Source: Naegleria gruberi (lineage: Eukaryota). From it: a stretch of DNA of 64,000 bases. Positions 1-11,338 of this stretch are shown here, one piece after another. Within the stretch, counting starts at the first letter, position 1, and every line of letters begins with the position of its first letter. The notes under the pieces were generated by a model. The model was not told the origin of the DNA. It saw only the letters and a program-made list of their open reading frames with translations, and ran no database searches. The translations under genes were made by a program, and so were the position numbers. Location of the stretch: assembly GCA_000004985.1 (NCBI GenBank), contig GG738886.1; one strand, 5' to 3'.

Positions 1-303
1 GGATTTGTTGCTGGTTCAACAGTTGGTCTCCTTAGAGGTAGCCCATCACTTATGGTTCTTTGGGGTTCAATCTTTGGAGTCTTATCTTGGGGATACAACA
101 AATACAGACTTGAATTTTATCCAACTGATAAGGCCAGAAGACAACAATTGTATAATGAAAAGTTTGTTCCATCAAGTGAACCAGCTCCAGAATATCTTAA
201 GGAAGACAATATCAATAGTGACAGAATGATCTCAACATTCTTTTTCGAAGAACAAGTCCCAAAGAAAAAGAATACCTGTCCAGTTAAATTCGAAGAACAA
301 TAG
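1..303 (+). CDS. 3'-terminal fragment of a gene starting left of the window; encodes a glycine-zipper membrane segment resembling the TMEM14/UPF0136 family plus a hydrophilic tail
   Basis: Frame 1 is open from nt 1 to the TAG at 301-303. The peptide GFVAGSTVGLLRGSPSLMVLWGSIFGVLSWGY matches the small-Gly transmembrane pattern of TMEM14 (GGxxGYxKxGSxPSLxAGxxFGxLxGxGAY). The family call rests on pattern memory only. Confidence 0.35.
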   Translation, partial: GFVAGSTVGLLRGSPSLMVLWGSIFGVLSWGYNKYRLEFYPTDKARRQQLYNEKFVPSSEPAPEYLKEDNINSDRMISTFFFEEQVPKKKNTCPVKFEEQ

Positions 304-348
304 ATGGGTAACTGAAATACTTAGGGACAATAAATTATTATTAAATAT

Positions 349-2945
349 TTAATTTTCATTCGTTTGATTTTTGATATGTTTCAATATTGATACCATCTGC
401 TTGTAATCTTCTAGTAAGGAATTCACATCCTTCAATCGTAGATCTTCAGCAGTGGCATTCTCAAATTTAAACTCGTTGAATATGGTTTCGTTATTCTTTA
501 CAAATGAAACAAGGTTTTCCCACTTTTTGTCATGGTTTACATGGGAAGAAACCATGTCAACTCTTGCCTCGTCTGTTGTGGTCTTGTTATTACAATTTTT
601 TACAGATTCTTCTATTGAAGATTTTGAAAGGGAATCGGATTCTTCAAGCTGTTTTGGAGGAGATTGGATTTCACATTCCATTATTGGTGACATGATGGTT
701 TCGTCTGGTGTTTTCACAGAATCAACAGTATCCAATAATAGTTTTTCAGGACTTTTCTCTTCTTTTTTCACATATTCCGTTATTTCATTCATGGCTTCTT
801 TTGGTACTTCCTTAATAATAGCTATATGAGAATTGCTTGATTGTTGTTTTGATTCTCCTGTTGCATGTTGTACGCTTTCCTTTCCAAAGACATCCTCAAA
901 GTTTATCATTTGTTGGAAGGTAGTTTCATCCATGTTAAGCATTGTATGATCACATCCTTGCCAAAATGCCATAGCAGATTCAAGTGATGTAAGGAAATAT
1001 CCAGAATGGCCTTCCAAGCTTTGTGGATTTCTGTACTCACTAATATATCTGGGTATTTCAGTTAGGAATAATTGAACAATTTGAAAAATACTTACTTGAT
1101 ATTCGAGTGCAAATGAGGAACATTTGATCTCAATACAATAAATATTAAAAGTGGTAAAAAATCGTCTGCACTTGGGGCATTTCCACCACTTCCTCCTGAT
1201 TGTTCATGCATGGATCGTTTTAAAAGATTCATTGTAAGATGACAACAGTTTGAAACACAAATAAGCTTGTCTCTTGGTGTCTTGTAAAAACTCATCTTTT
1301 TCAATTCTTCAATTGCTTTCTGGAATAGAGGATCTGTGACTAACCTAGCTGAAACATCAAGATTTGCAGGTGTCACTACTCGTTTAAATAATGCAATTCT
1401 TGATCCAATTTGATTGTCAATTTCAATATCTTCCAAAGTTGGTGAAAACACTCTATAATAACAATGATAATGCAACAGTAAAAAAGTTATGAAACAACTG
1501 AGAAAACTTACTTGGAATAAATCTTGGTCATTACATATTTCTCAATTCCTTCTCTAGCATTCATCAAATCTTGTTCGGTGGCATTCTTCCACTGCTCGTG
1601 AGATGATATTTCTCTCATGATGTGAGCTAAAAATGATTGAACTTTGTGTGGATGTTCTGGTGTATAGTCAGTATTGGAAATTTCAAAAGTAAATTTCTTA
1701 ATATCTCTGGTCAATTGTACAACTGATTTGTCTTTGAGTTTTTGTAAAAATGACTTGAAATCAAATTTGTAATCCTTCTTTTCCGAATTAAAAGCAGATG
1801 TAGTTTCCTTTGGTTCTGCCTTTTTTTCAAATAATTGATTATCATTTCCAGTATTGTGATTGTCTATAATTTGATTGATTCTTGATTCTGTTTCTTTTGG
1901 GGTTGGTGCTTTTGATTTGGTTTTCTCAAATCCATTGGTTCTAATAAATAATTTTGTTTCATCTTCATTGATTGAATATTCTACATGATCTGATATGAAG
2001 CTTTCCTCAAGGGAGGATGATCCTGATAAAGAGTTTGGTACAGAGCTTGAAAAGCTTCCAGAATGGTTTCTCGTACTAATACTAATAGGTTTGGAACCTA
2101 AAGGTGAATTTACATTATCAATTGTGACAAAATCCTTGTCTCCATCATTATCAAAAACCATAGAGTAGGATCTGGAAAATTTCCTTTGTTGGTCATTAGA
2201 TGAACGATAGGATTTTTCATCTTGAGTCCAAGCACATCCACTGTAGGTAATTGGTTGTGATATCAAATAGAGTCTGACTTGAGAGGGTATGTTTTCTGAA
2301 TCTTCGTTATTTCCAAAATCATTTTTTGGTGATGTTCCAAATATTGAGAGTGGTTGTTGTTGTTTGATAGATGTTTCTCTTTGTGACAGTGAAACAGAAG
2401 ACTTTCCAGATATATCAACTTCTCCCTTTCTCAAAATTTGAATTTTGCTTTTTACATCCAAAGGTTCATCAAATGCACAATGTCCATCACTATTCATCAT
2501 CATATGAATCTTGAAATTTCAATTTAAAAACCTACATTTTTCTAAAAGTAAACAATTTAGATGGTTCTTCAAAGAAAGCAATACATTCCTCTCCAGTTGG
2601 AGGTCCATCAATAATTAAAATTGAAACTCCATCAGGAGCAAAAACTCCTCGAATTCCATTCATTGTAATAAATTGATTCGGATTTTGTTTGTTTACTATT
2701 GCAATGTGACTCTGCAGAAAATCAATACTTGGTGCTACAATACTATTCGGAGAAGATTTTTTAAATAGAGAGGAATTATTAATATTGGACAAGCACAAGG
2801 CAACACTTTGATCATGTGGAAACAATAAGATGGCATCCTTTTCTATTATATTTCCAACAACTGATGAAAATTGTTTATTTTCCCTCAAAGATCGAATCAG
2901 TCGATTATTTTGCTTTTCATATTCAAAAAAGTTGGATGGCGGCAT
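349..2945 (-). CDS. VPS9-domain protein (Rab5-family GEF, Rabex-5/RIN-like), 4 exons: 2945..2536, 2489..1512, 1452..1096, 1048..349 (815 aa)
   Basis: The ATG is at 2945. Introns were reconstructed by hand: 2535-2490 (GTAGGT..TAG, 46 nt), 1511-1453 (GTAAGT..TAG, 59 nt) and 1095-1049 (GTAAGT..CAG, 47 nt). All keep the frame. The spliced peptide ...ADDFLPLLIFIVLRSNVPHLHSNIK|YISEYRNPQSLEGHSGYFLTSLESAMAF matches the VPS9 catalytic core (Rabex-5 ..[42 protein letters not shown]). The 47-nt acceptor was chosen over two other in-frame AGs because it restores this motif. Confidence 0.75.
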
Positions 2946-3508
2946 TTTTTTAATAATTCCATCAAATTATTTTTAGAAAATAGAACGTGTTTAGAATCAT
3001 GGGTGATTTTTAAACAAATAAAACTAGTTATTAAGGATTTAAATTAATATAATTCCCGAGCCAGTGAGAATGAATTATAAAGAATAATAGAATATATTAT
3101 CGAGATTATTCTTATTCCAGATAATATAAACGAAAATTCATTTCTTTTAATGTGGGACCTTAATTTTTTATACAACAAGGAATGGTGAAAGTGCATTATT
3201 GAAGTAAGCAAACCATAGGAGTTATATTTCCCCTAGATTCTTTATTTCTCATTAAAAAACCATTTGGTTGTTATGGGAGCTATCATAAAAAGGGCAGAGC
3301 TGTTGAGTCCTTTCATTATTTGGGCATTGATCGGCTTATTGGGAACTTTAAATGGAACTTTGATTTTTAACTACGATATCGTATAGTCGTAATGGTAAGC
3401 AGTAAGTAGTTTAATTGGGATATTGCATTAAACACTTTGATTTCTTGCCTTCACTCTTAATATTCGGAAGAATAAGGAACCTTATATTTTAAAATTTTAT
3501 TTTTTTTG

Positions 3509-4543
3509 TTAGTGTAGTATATCTGATATTGATACTGCCTTTCTAAATGTTTTCGATTGAGATGTTCCAAAAAGATCTGCAATTGAAGGAAGAGTTTGAG
3601 ATCCAACATTTAAATGATTGGTTGGTGTTGAACCTGGATATACTATTTCACTGCTGGAAATCTTACTTGGATAGGGCGAGTAATGCTCGACTGTAGGAGG
3701 GGAAGGAGGTTCATTTATATAATGTTCCTTACTAACAGCATTCTGAGTTGATATTGTTGCTTTCAGTGGACTTGAAGTTTGCTTCAAATCTGTTGAAGAT
3801 GCATTTCCCCAAATAAGGTTAGCATGTCGCGCCTTATCTTGAGGGAGATCGTAGAATTTTTCACTCAATGGTTGTGATGGCCAAATTTGTCTTACAGGGT
3901 GTGTCATTTTGTGAGTTTTCGAGATTCCGTGTGAAATACGAATTGGATATGAATTTTGAACGTTACTGCTGCGAGAATGAAGGTAGGATTGATGAGGGTG
4001 GTAATGAACGACATAATGTTGAGCAGGTTGGGGTGGAAGAGATGTAAGGGCAGGAGCTGCAATAGGATGTATAACAGTTTTAAGGTAGGCATGAGGGATT
4101 GAAGGAAGTGTTTGGGCATAGTATTGGGTTGGTTGTACGGTTGTTGTGGTTGAAATACATGCATGTGGAGAGAGTGGTTTTGTTACTTGATAAACAGGAG
4201 TGTATGGTTGCGTTGAATGGGGTTTTGTTGCTTGTTGTGGTTTAACTAGTGGTTGCACTACTGGTGGTTGTTGTATTGATGGTGGAATAGATTTCTGGTT
4301 ATGAGCATTCACTGTTTTCGTTGAAGACTTATTTGAAGTGCTAGAGCTGGATGATGCATTAGAGTGGCTTGTATTCAGTGGAGAACCTCTGTGTTGATCT
4401 CTGTTTTGAATTGTAGCTTGATTCACATCCCTTATTAAATGAATTGGAAAGGTTGAGTGACATCCTGTTTGTGTCTTTTGCAGTTTTTTGTCCTTTCCAC
4501 TTGGTTTGTATTCAAAGAATTTAATGTGAGTTGCGGCTGGCAT
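3509..4543 (-). CDS. Pro/Gln/Ser/Thr-rich low-complexity protein (344 aa), function unknown
   Basis: Single uninterrupted ORF with an ATG at 4543. Strongly biased composition (PQ, ST, H runs). No recognisable domain. Confidence 0.55.
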   Translation of the reverse strand: MPAATHIKFFEYKPSGKDKKLQKTQTGCHSTFPIHLIRDVNQATIQNRDQHRGSPLNTSHSNASSSSSTSNKSSTKTVNAHNQKSIPPSIQQPPVVQPLVKPQQATKPHSTQPYTPVYQVTKPLSPHACISTTTTVQPTQYYAQTLPSIPHAYLKTVIHPIAAPALTSLPPQPAQHYVVHYHPHQSYLHSRSSNVQNSYPIRISHGISKTHKMTHPVRQIWPSQPLSEKFYDLPQDKARHANLIWGNASSTDLKQTSSPLKATISTQNAVSKEHYINEPPSPPTVEHYSPYPSKISSSEIVYPGSTPTNHLNVGSQTLPSIADLFGTSQSKTFRKAVSISDILH

Positions 4544-5486
4544 ACTGATTGAGAGAGTAGTTTAGTTTGTTTTGTTAATGTAAATTTGTGAGGTTAGACT
4601 TTTGGAGGAAATGCTAGGTTGGTAAATATACAAATATGAATGATATCTTGATACAACTAACAATAACAATTGAAGAAATGGTATCAATTAAAGCGGTGGA
4701 TAATAGCAAAAAGTGCTGCTTGTGTTCTGGCAGAAGGCTTGTATCCGGGTTGTTATTGTTGGGTAGAAGAACTGTTGAGGAATGTATTCACTCTTAATAA
4801 TTGCTCGTCGTTTGTTTTTTTTGTTTGACTTGTTGTTGTACTGCAGTAGTAGTGAGCGGTGTTGTCTTTAAAAAACACACGCTGTTATTGTGCATCTCAG
4901 TCTGCAACCCACAACAAGCAATGCCCTCTTTGTGCAGCAATCCTCACCTAAAATCTCTAATGAGGCATTCATTTTGTCTTTTGTTTTACTGAATGGTTGG
5001 ATACTGCCGGATTCCCTAAATTTACTTATTTGAGGTTGCTTAATCCTCAAATTGATTTTTAGCTTGTTATTGTATGAGATGCAAATACACGAATTTAGTA
5101 AGATCTACCCTCATAGTGAAGTTTAACATGAGAGATTTGTGCTAATTGGTTCTGAGAATGGGTGTATTTATTAAAATGATGGGTGTGATGGTTGTAGTAT
5201 TGATGTGTGTTGATGACCAACATTACTGGACTAGATAAACTATGACCCCATTTGGAAGGAGGCGAACTTGAACTTGAGAAAGAAATCTGTCATGACATTT
5301 CATTGAGTATAATCTTTTTCTTTGGATAATGCAATAGGTGATTTACAATCTGATACAAGGCATCTACACCAAGATTCATTGTAATAGTAAATATTAGATT
5401 GGGCACATTTATTTAATAATGGAAAGTTACTTCTCGAGATAGTTCTCCTATATTCAAATCTCTCTTTCAAGGGGAAATAAGTCCAT

Positions 5487-7529
5487 TTACTTTGCAGAGC
5501 ATTTTGTACAATTACAATCGAATCTATATTGTTCCTTTAGTTTTTTCTTTCTTTCATCGGTGGAGAGATTTTCGTCAATATAACTAATGAGGATTTCATC
5601 TCCCTTAGATAATGCAGCACTAGTTGAAGAGTTACTTGTAATAGTTGTTGTAGTAGTAGTATCAGTATTACTACTGGATAGATTGCTGTCGGTTGTAGGA
5701 GTTATTGAAGAGGCATACACACTCACTTGATGTGTAATATAATCAGAGACACTGACAGCATTTGGATTACATGAGTGATTCATGCAATTGTGAATGGCAA
5801 ATGCACCCATTCCCTTCATGCTTAATGATTTGAGAGTTTCAGTTCTTGTAGCTTCCTCTTCAAAGTTTTTGCAATGCAAGAGTTCGCACACCTTGTTTCG
5901 TATTTGAACCTTCTCATGTGCAGCAAGATGCAACTCTGTAATTGGATGGATGGTCGAGCAATTTTGCAATATTAATCCATGAAGAGAACGATACTGCTTA
6001 ACACTACACAAAATATTCAATATTTGAGAAATTTGTTGGGCATGAGATTTTAAATATTCTGCGTTCTCAGCTGAATTACTGCACTCTGTGAAATAACCAT
6101 CTTGAATCGCATACTCAATGCTCTCCTTAATTAATTGAGCAGAAAGTGAGTCGAATGGATGAGGTTCTTCATGTTGAACAAACCTCTCAAATCTATGCAA
6201 TGCCTTAGAAAAAGATACGAGAAAAACATCCTCACTTGGACTCTCTAGTAATCGATTAAGGAAACAAATCCATTCGACAACGTTTTTAGATGATTGTAAT
6301 ATGAATATGTATGAATAAAATTATCCGCAACACTTACCGTTCTGTAAAGAGGAGTCAATATCTTGGTACTCACGTAATAAACTCCTTAAGAAATCCGTAA
6401 ATACTGTAGCCATGATTTTTGCAATCAGGAGTGGAGCTGTTCTGTGTTGTTTGACAGTTAATCTTTCCAGTAATGTGATTGGATGGTCTGTTGTTTTACT
6501 GGCGTTGCTGCTTGTGGCAGAGTCTGATAATTGTGGGGTTACACGATCTCTACTGCAGAGTACAGAGTGATATTGATTCCATGATTTCTCTCTGCACAAC
6601 TCACAGCAGTAGGTCACTGCTGAACAATGTTCACATGAAACAAATGTCTTGGCTGTGGTCAATTTTTCTGAGAGAATTTCCTTGCATTCCTCGTCTTTCA
6701 TTATTTGACCAATGAATGGAAATTGTTGAATTGTCTTTTCACTGAAAATTGTTTTCATACAATGATGGCAATGGTCAATCTTGGCATAGAATGGGTTTTC
6801 TGAACTGTCAGTAATGACCTGACTGCAGAGAGGTTCCTCTCTAAACAATAATTGTCCACTGTGTGCTTTATCTGCATTCAAACAGACAACCTTTCCCTCC
6901 TCCTTATTCTTAAACTTGACAGAAATGACATCTTGTCCCTCCTTGAGTAGAGAATTCATTTCCATCTTATATTCTTGTTCCATCATTAAATTGGAGAGTT
7001 TTTCCAAGAGTGGTCCAACCAATTGTTCCCAATCACTCATTGATTTTTTCAGATAATTCTCCTGAACTTGAAATCTTTGTTGTGGAGCAATTTTTTCATT
7101 ACTCATGATGGATAGACACTTTCTCTTCATCCATTCATGGAGTGGAGCCAACTCTTGCAAGATAAAATCCTGAATTTCACTCAATGAATTATTTTCCTGA
7201 TTTTGATGAGTCATTTGAGCATGCTGTTTGATAAGAGTTTCACATTTGTGAATTAATACTTTTTGAGTCAATTCGAACCATTTCAAATGTTTATCAGAGA
7301 GTGGTGCACTCAATATAAAATCGGAGGGAATTTTACTTTCGTTTGTTGTTGTGGTAGTTTCTAAAGAGGATGATGAATGAACACTTCTCAGTCTTTCCAA
7401 TAATTGATCAATCTTTTCTGATACGTTATCAGCATTGGATGATGATGATGGTGTATTATTGCTGGTGGATAATTCATTGAATTGTTTAGTGCAATTATCA
7501 ATAAATTCATCAAATGTTGGTGATGACAT
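5487..7529 (-). CDS. SMYD-like lysine methyltransferase (MYND zinc finger + SET/post-SET), 2 exons: 7529..6338, 6244..5487 (650 aa)
   Basis: The ATG is at 7529. The MYND finger reads CHHCMKT...CEHCSAVTYCCELCREKSWNQYHSVLC. The SET signature is NHSCNPN and the post-SET is FDCNCTKCS. The intron is 6337-6245 (GTAAGT...TACTAG, 93 nt), phase 1. This is the only AG in the required phase, and the splice keeps an open frame. Confidence 0.8.
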
Positions 7530-7803
7530 TTTTTTGTGATGTTTGAAAGGAAATTAAATGCAAGCTTGAAAAGTATTAGATTGGAAAATTAACATTTTGA
7601 TGCTGCTTTTCCGATCATTAATATTTAAAATATTGTAATGTTTTAATATTATTAATATTTAATTTAATACTTTTAAAAAGCAAGAACAATGAACCATGTT
7701 CTCCAAAATTACATGATCCTACGTTCTATGATTACAAAGTTATTGATGAACAAATCAAAAAAAGAACAACAATAGTAGTAATACAATCATCATCATCACC
7801 AAC

Positions 7804-8166
7804 ATGGGAAATACACAACAGTCAAAGCCTGGTGGCCATTCTTCAATGAAGGGAATTTCTTCATCAACTTCCGTATCTAATAAGAGCAATAGTGAGGTTC
7901 CTCCCTCACAGAAATCAAAGCTTCCCTTGGAGAATATAATTACCTGTTTTAATGTTGAAGAAGGACCACTCTTCATATCTAAAGAAGCAAGAAATTATAA
8001 AGCCAGCTCGTTGAATCAGCACTCCATCTTGGATTTGAGAACAAATCAAAGGCTATTAGAGATTTTACAGAAGAGAATTAAATTACCAACAACAACACTG
8101 GAAAATAGCAATCCTAATGATAATATACAAGTATCAATGGTGATAATAGTGGTGCAAATGTTGTAA
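7804..8166 (+). CDS. Small ORF (120 aa, MGNTQQSKPGG...), either an independent small protein or an upstream exon/uORF of the ADP-ribosylglycohydrolase gene
   Basis: It has an ATG start and an N/S-rich sequence. It lies in a different frame from the downstream ARH ORF, and no canonical intron could be built to join them. Its status is uncertain. Confidence 0.25.
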   Translation: MGNTQQSKPGGHSSMKGISSSTSVSNKSNSEVPPSQKSKLPLENIITCFNVEEGPLFISKEARNYKASSLNQHSILDLRTNQRLLEILQKRIKLPTTTLENSNPNDNIQVSMVIIVVQML

Positions 8167-8291
8167 ATGCTGATCAGAATGAGGAAAATAATAATGAAGA
8201 TCATCTGTTATCGGAAGAGTTATTATTGCTTTCTGAATATAAAAAGACGATAACAGAGAGGGTGAAACGATTCTATTTGGATGAAAGTGTT

Positions 8292-9558
8292 ATGGGGGTG
8301 GAGGAAGAAAGAGCATTTGCTTGCTTGTTGGGATTAATGATTGGCGATGCTTGTGGAGCTCCACAAGAATTTTCATGGTATAAAGTACCTCCAAAGGTTT
8401 CATCTGAATCTGAATGGTTAGTTGACAAGATTTGGAAGCAGGATAAGGAATTTTTCGAGTTGACCTCAATGAATGATGAGCATGTTTGGAAAAAGCCACA
8501 CCATAACAAGTTCTTTTTGAAAGTTGGTCAATTTACTGATGATTCCAGTATGGTAGGTAGTAATATTCATTTGTTTGCAATTCTAATTTCATAATCATCA
8601 AAAATTATAGGCCTTGTGTGTTATGGATACACTAGTACAAAAGGTAATTGATGAAATTCATCAAAGGGAATGTCTTAATGCGGAGCAAAATAATGAAAAC
8701 TCGTTCAATTTTGATGGAAGAGAAATGAGACTTAGATTCCTCAATTGGGTTTATTTTGGATATAATAACACATTTGGAAAGGATGATTCAACACCTGGAT
8801 ATGGATCATCATGTGGATTGGGTTCAAATGTCAGAAGTTCCATTGTTGAGTTTATGAAAGATCCTAAAAGTGAGTTAACAAATGCAGGCGATTTAAATAC
8901 TTCTGGAAATGGAAGTATAATGAGATTAGCTCCTGTGCCAATATTTTGTTTGAAACTTGTGGAGAGTTTGGATAATACCGAACAAGTGGAATCTGCTTTA
9001 AGGATGGCTCACAAGCACAGCAAGACAACTCATCAAGGTGATGAAGCAGCAGAGCTTTGCAGGTTAATGACTTTCATAATTATTAATGCTGCCAAAGCTG
9101 CACACTCTATGAAACCACTCGAAATCAAAAAGCACATCTTTGACTTGTTGGAGAGTGGGAAATTCCAAAGCACTGTGGAGAGTGTCAATTGTCTTGTAAA
9201 GAGTCAAGTTGAAAATGGAAATGTAGAGGCAAGAAATTGGAATTGGAAAGATTTAAACTATCAGTATTGTCCTGAAAGAGCAGAAAAGGATAAGGGATAC
9301 ATTGGTTCGTATGCAATGGATGCTATGGCTATGGCCTTACATAATTTGGCTTTTACAGACTCATTTGAGGATGCCATCTTGCTGACTGCTAACATAGCCG
9401 GTGATTCAGACACAGTATCTGCCATTGTTGGACAGATGGCAGGAGCAATTTATGGGCTAAAGGCTGTTCCATTAGACTGGATTGAAAAGGTTTTATTCTG
9501 GGATTACAATGAGGATATTTTATTGAGATTATCAATTATTTATAATCATAATTTTTAA
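8292..9558 (+). CDS. ADP-ribosylglycohydrolase family protein (ARH/DraG-like), 2 exons: 8292..8552, 8611..9558 (about 403 aa)
   Basis: The N-terminal motif is FACLLGLMIGDACGAPQEF (cf. GAIGDALG). The C-terminal motif is NIAGDSDTVSAIVGQMAGAIYG (the conserved GDSDT). The intron is 8553-8610 (GTAGGT...TTATAG, 58 nt), phase 0. The frame is open upstream to 8124, so the true start could be further 5'. I chose the first in-frame ATG at 8292. Confidence 0.7.
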
Positions 9559-9616
9559 TTATTTACAAATTAGTTTACAATTATTCGTCATTATCTGACC
9601 AATAAGCTGTGGAATA
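9447..9616. repeat. Copy A of a ~165-bp segmental duplication (last ~38 codons plus 3' flank of the ARH gene)
   Basis: By eye it aligns at roughly 93% identity with 11170-11338, with no gaps over about 165 nt. Confidence 0.7.
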
Positions 9617-9718
9617 AGATAAGTTTTGTAATCGTGAAATTAATTCGACGATTAAAACTATTTTAGTTATGAAAATTATGAATAGGAAAAGAATTTATTC
9701 GAATTCTCTGACATTACA

Positions 9719-11020
9719 TTAAATACCATATTTAAACCAATTATATAAAAGAGAAGATAATTTTACAGTTTGAAAGAACCATTCTTCACTTTGTAATACC
9801 GAAGAAACGATAGAAAATTCACGAAGTAATAATCGAACAGATTGATCTGAAATCATTCGATTTCTAATATGATTTTGCACAATATTTGGAAATGACAAGT
9901 TTTCAATGTTAAAAACAATTGCTTCCTCAATTGAATCATCCCACAATTTTCTTAACTTTCCTATGAATCCAAGGGTCTCTCCACTGTTCAAACAATCCTG
10001 TTTCATCAAATATTCACAATGATTCCCAATTTTAGAAAGAGCAGGATTTGAATCATTCCTCATATCGACGAATGCAAACAGAAAAAATAATGGATGTAAT
10101 AGAATGGGATCTTCAACTGTTTCCAAGAATGAATATTGACCACCTGAAAATAATTCTTCACCTCTTTTCTCTAATCTATTATATTTACATGCCATATCTA
10201 GTGTCATTTCAGGAAATTCCTCAAATCTCAATTGAATATATCTGATTAAAATATTATTAACTGCCAGTTTGGGATCAAACTTATCTAGAATTTCAAGAAA
10301 TAGTGTTGGGTAATTGCAGTTCAGAAAATAACAGCTGGATAAATTGAAGGTCTTGAAGTGTTTTTTTGGTTTGCCAAAGTTCGCAAACAAAATGATTCTT
10401 TCATCCTTTTGAGGAGATTGATTATGAAATTGTGTTCCAATAACATAATATGACCCATCGTCTGGAATATTAGAGACCAATAATTGAGAATAGTTCCATT
10501 TTGAGTCATAACTTGAAATTACATGATCTGAAATTTGTTCTGTGCAATCAGATTGTTCATGGAGAGTAAAGCTCTTCTTGGCTCTATTAGAAAATATCCA
10601 ATCTAAACTAATGAAAGAACGAGTTTCTTCCTTTTCTTTTTGTAATATCATCTTTGCACCCAATGTATTTTCGAATATGTAAGTGCCATTGATATGTTCT
10701 TCCAGAGCCCAAACAGTTTTATCAGAATTTCTAAAGTAAATTACTGGTTCTTGTTTTTCCTTAGCCATTGAGGTAATCTTCATCCTATCAACAACCGAAA
10801 CCATTCCAAATTTCATTGGTGAGGAGGTTGTTCCGTAAGGAATTCCATAATTTACAATGTTGCATAGTTGTGAAACAGGAACATGCTCTCCACAATCTAA
10901 TATTGCCAAAACCGTATAACAACTCTCATCAACACACTTCTCTAAAATCATTGGTTTCGCGTTGGTTACAGATGATGTTTGTGTGGCTTGCTTCCTTTTC
11001 CTTAATTCTTGTTGCTGCAT
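9719..11020 (-). CDS. Hypothetical protein (433 aa), no recognisable domain
   Basis: Uninterrupted ORF with an ATG at 11020. Its coding-like composition contrasts with the AT-rich flanks. Confidence 0.65.
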   Translation of the reverse strand: MQQQELRKRKQATQTSSVTNAKPMILEKCVDESCYTVLAILDCGEHVPVSQLCNIVNYGIPYGTTSSPMKFGMVSVVDRMKITSMAKEKQEPVIYFRNSDKTVWALEEHINGTYIFENTLGAKMILQKEKEETRSFISLDWIFSNRAKKSFTLHEQSDCTEQISDHVISSYDSKWNYSQLLVSNIPDDGSYYVIGTQFHNQSPQKDERIILFANFGKPKKHFKTFNLSSCYFLNCNYPTLFLEILDKFDPKLAVNNILIRYIQLRFEEFPEMTLDMACKYNRLEKRGEELFSGGQYSFLETVEDPILLHPLFFLFAFVDMRNDSNPALSKIGNHCEYLMKQDCLNSGETLGFIGKLRKLWDDSIEEAIVFNIENLSFPNIVQNHIRNRMISDQSVRLLLREFSIVSSVLQSEEWFFQTVKLSSLLYNWFKYGI

Positions 11021-11169
11021 TTTTTATTTGCTACATTATGTTTTTGATTCTTAGTGTAGTAAGTTACTATTCTATTCTGACTGAGGGAAAAACTCAACAC
11101 AATTCTTTCATTTCAGATAAGAAATGCTGGAAACAGTCATCTTCATTGATTCCAATCTAAAGTGAAAAA

Positions 11170-11338
11170 ATTTATTGGCTTGAGGCTGTGCCATTTGACT
11201 GGATTGAAAAGGTTTTATTATGGGATTACAATGAGGACATTTTATTGAGATTATCAATTATTTACAATCATAATTTTTAATTATTTACAATTTAGTTTAC
11301 AATTATTCGTCAGCATCTGAGCAATAATCTGTGGAATA
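11170..11338. repeat. Copy B of the ~165-bp duplication, a relic ARH 3' fragment whose far end now provides the last 12 codons and stop of the neighbouring H2B-like gene
   Basis: It keeps the ARH reading frame (YWLEAVPFDWIEKVLLWDYNEDILLRLSIIYNHNF*) with mostly synonymous changes. A TAA lies immediately upstream, so there is no intact ARH gene here. Confidence 0.7.

Noticed and set aside
8124-8291. Extending the ADP-ribosylglycohydrolase N-terminus through the open frame 8124-8291, or joining it to the MGN ORF at 7804
   Set aside because: There is no in-frame ATG before 8292, and no acceptable GT-AG pair joins the frame-1 ORF to it. The ARH catalytic N-motif begins right after the ATG at 8292, giving a protein of typical family length.
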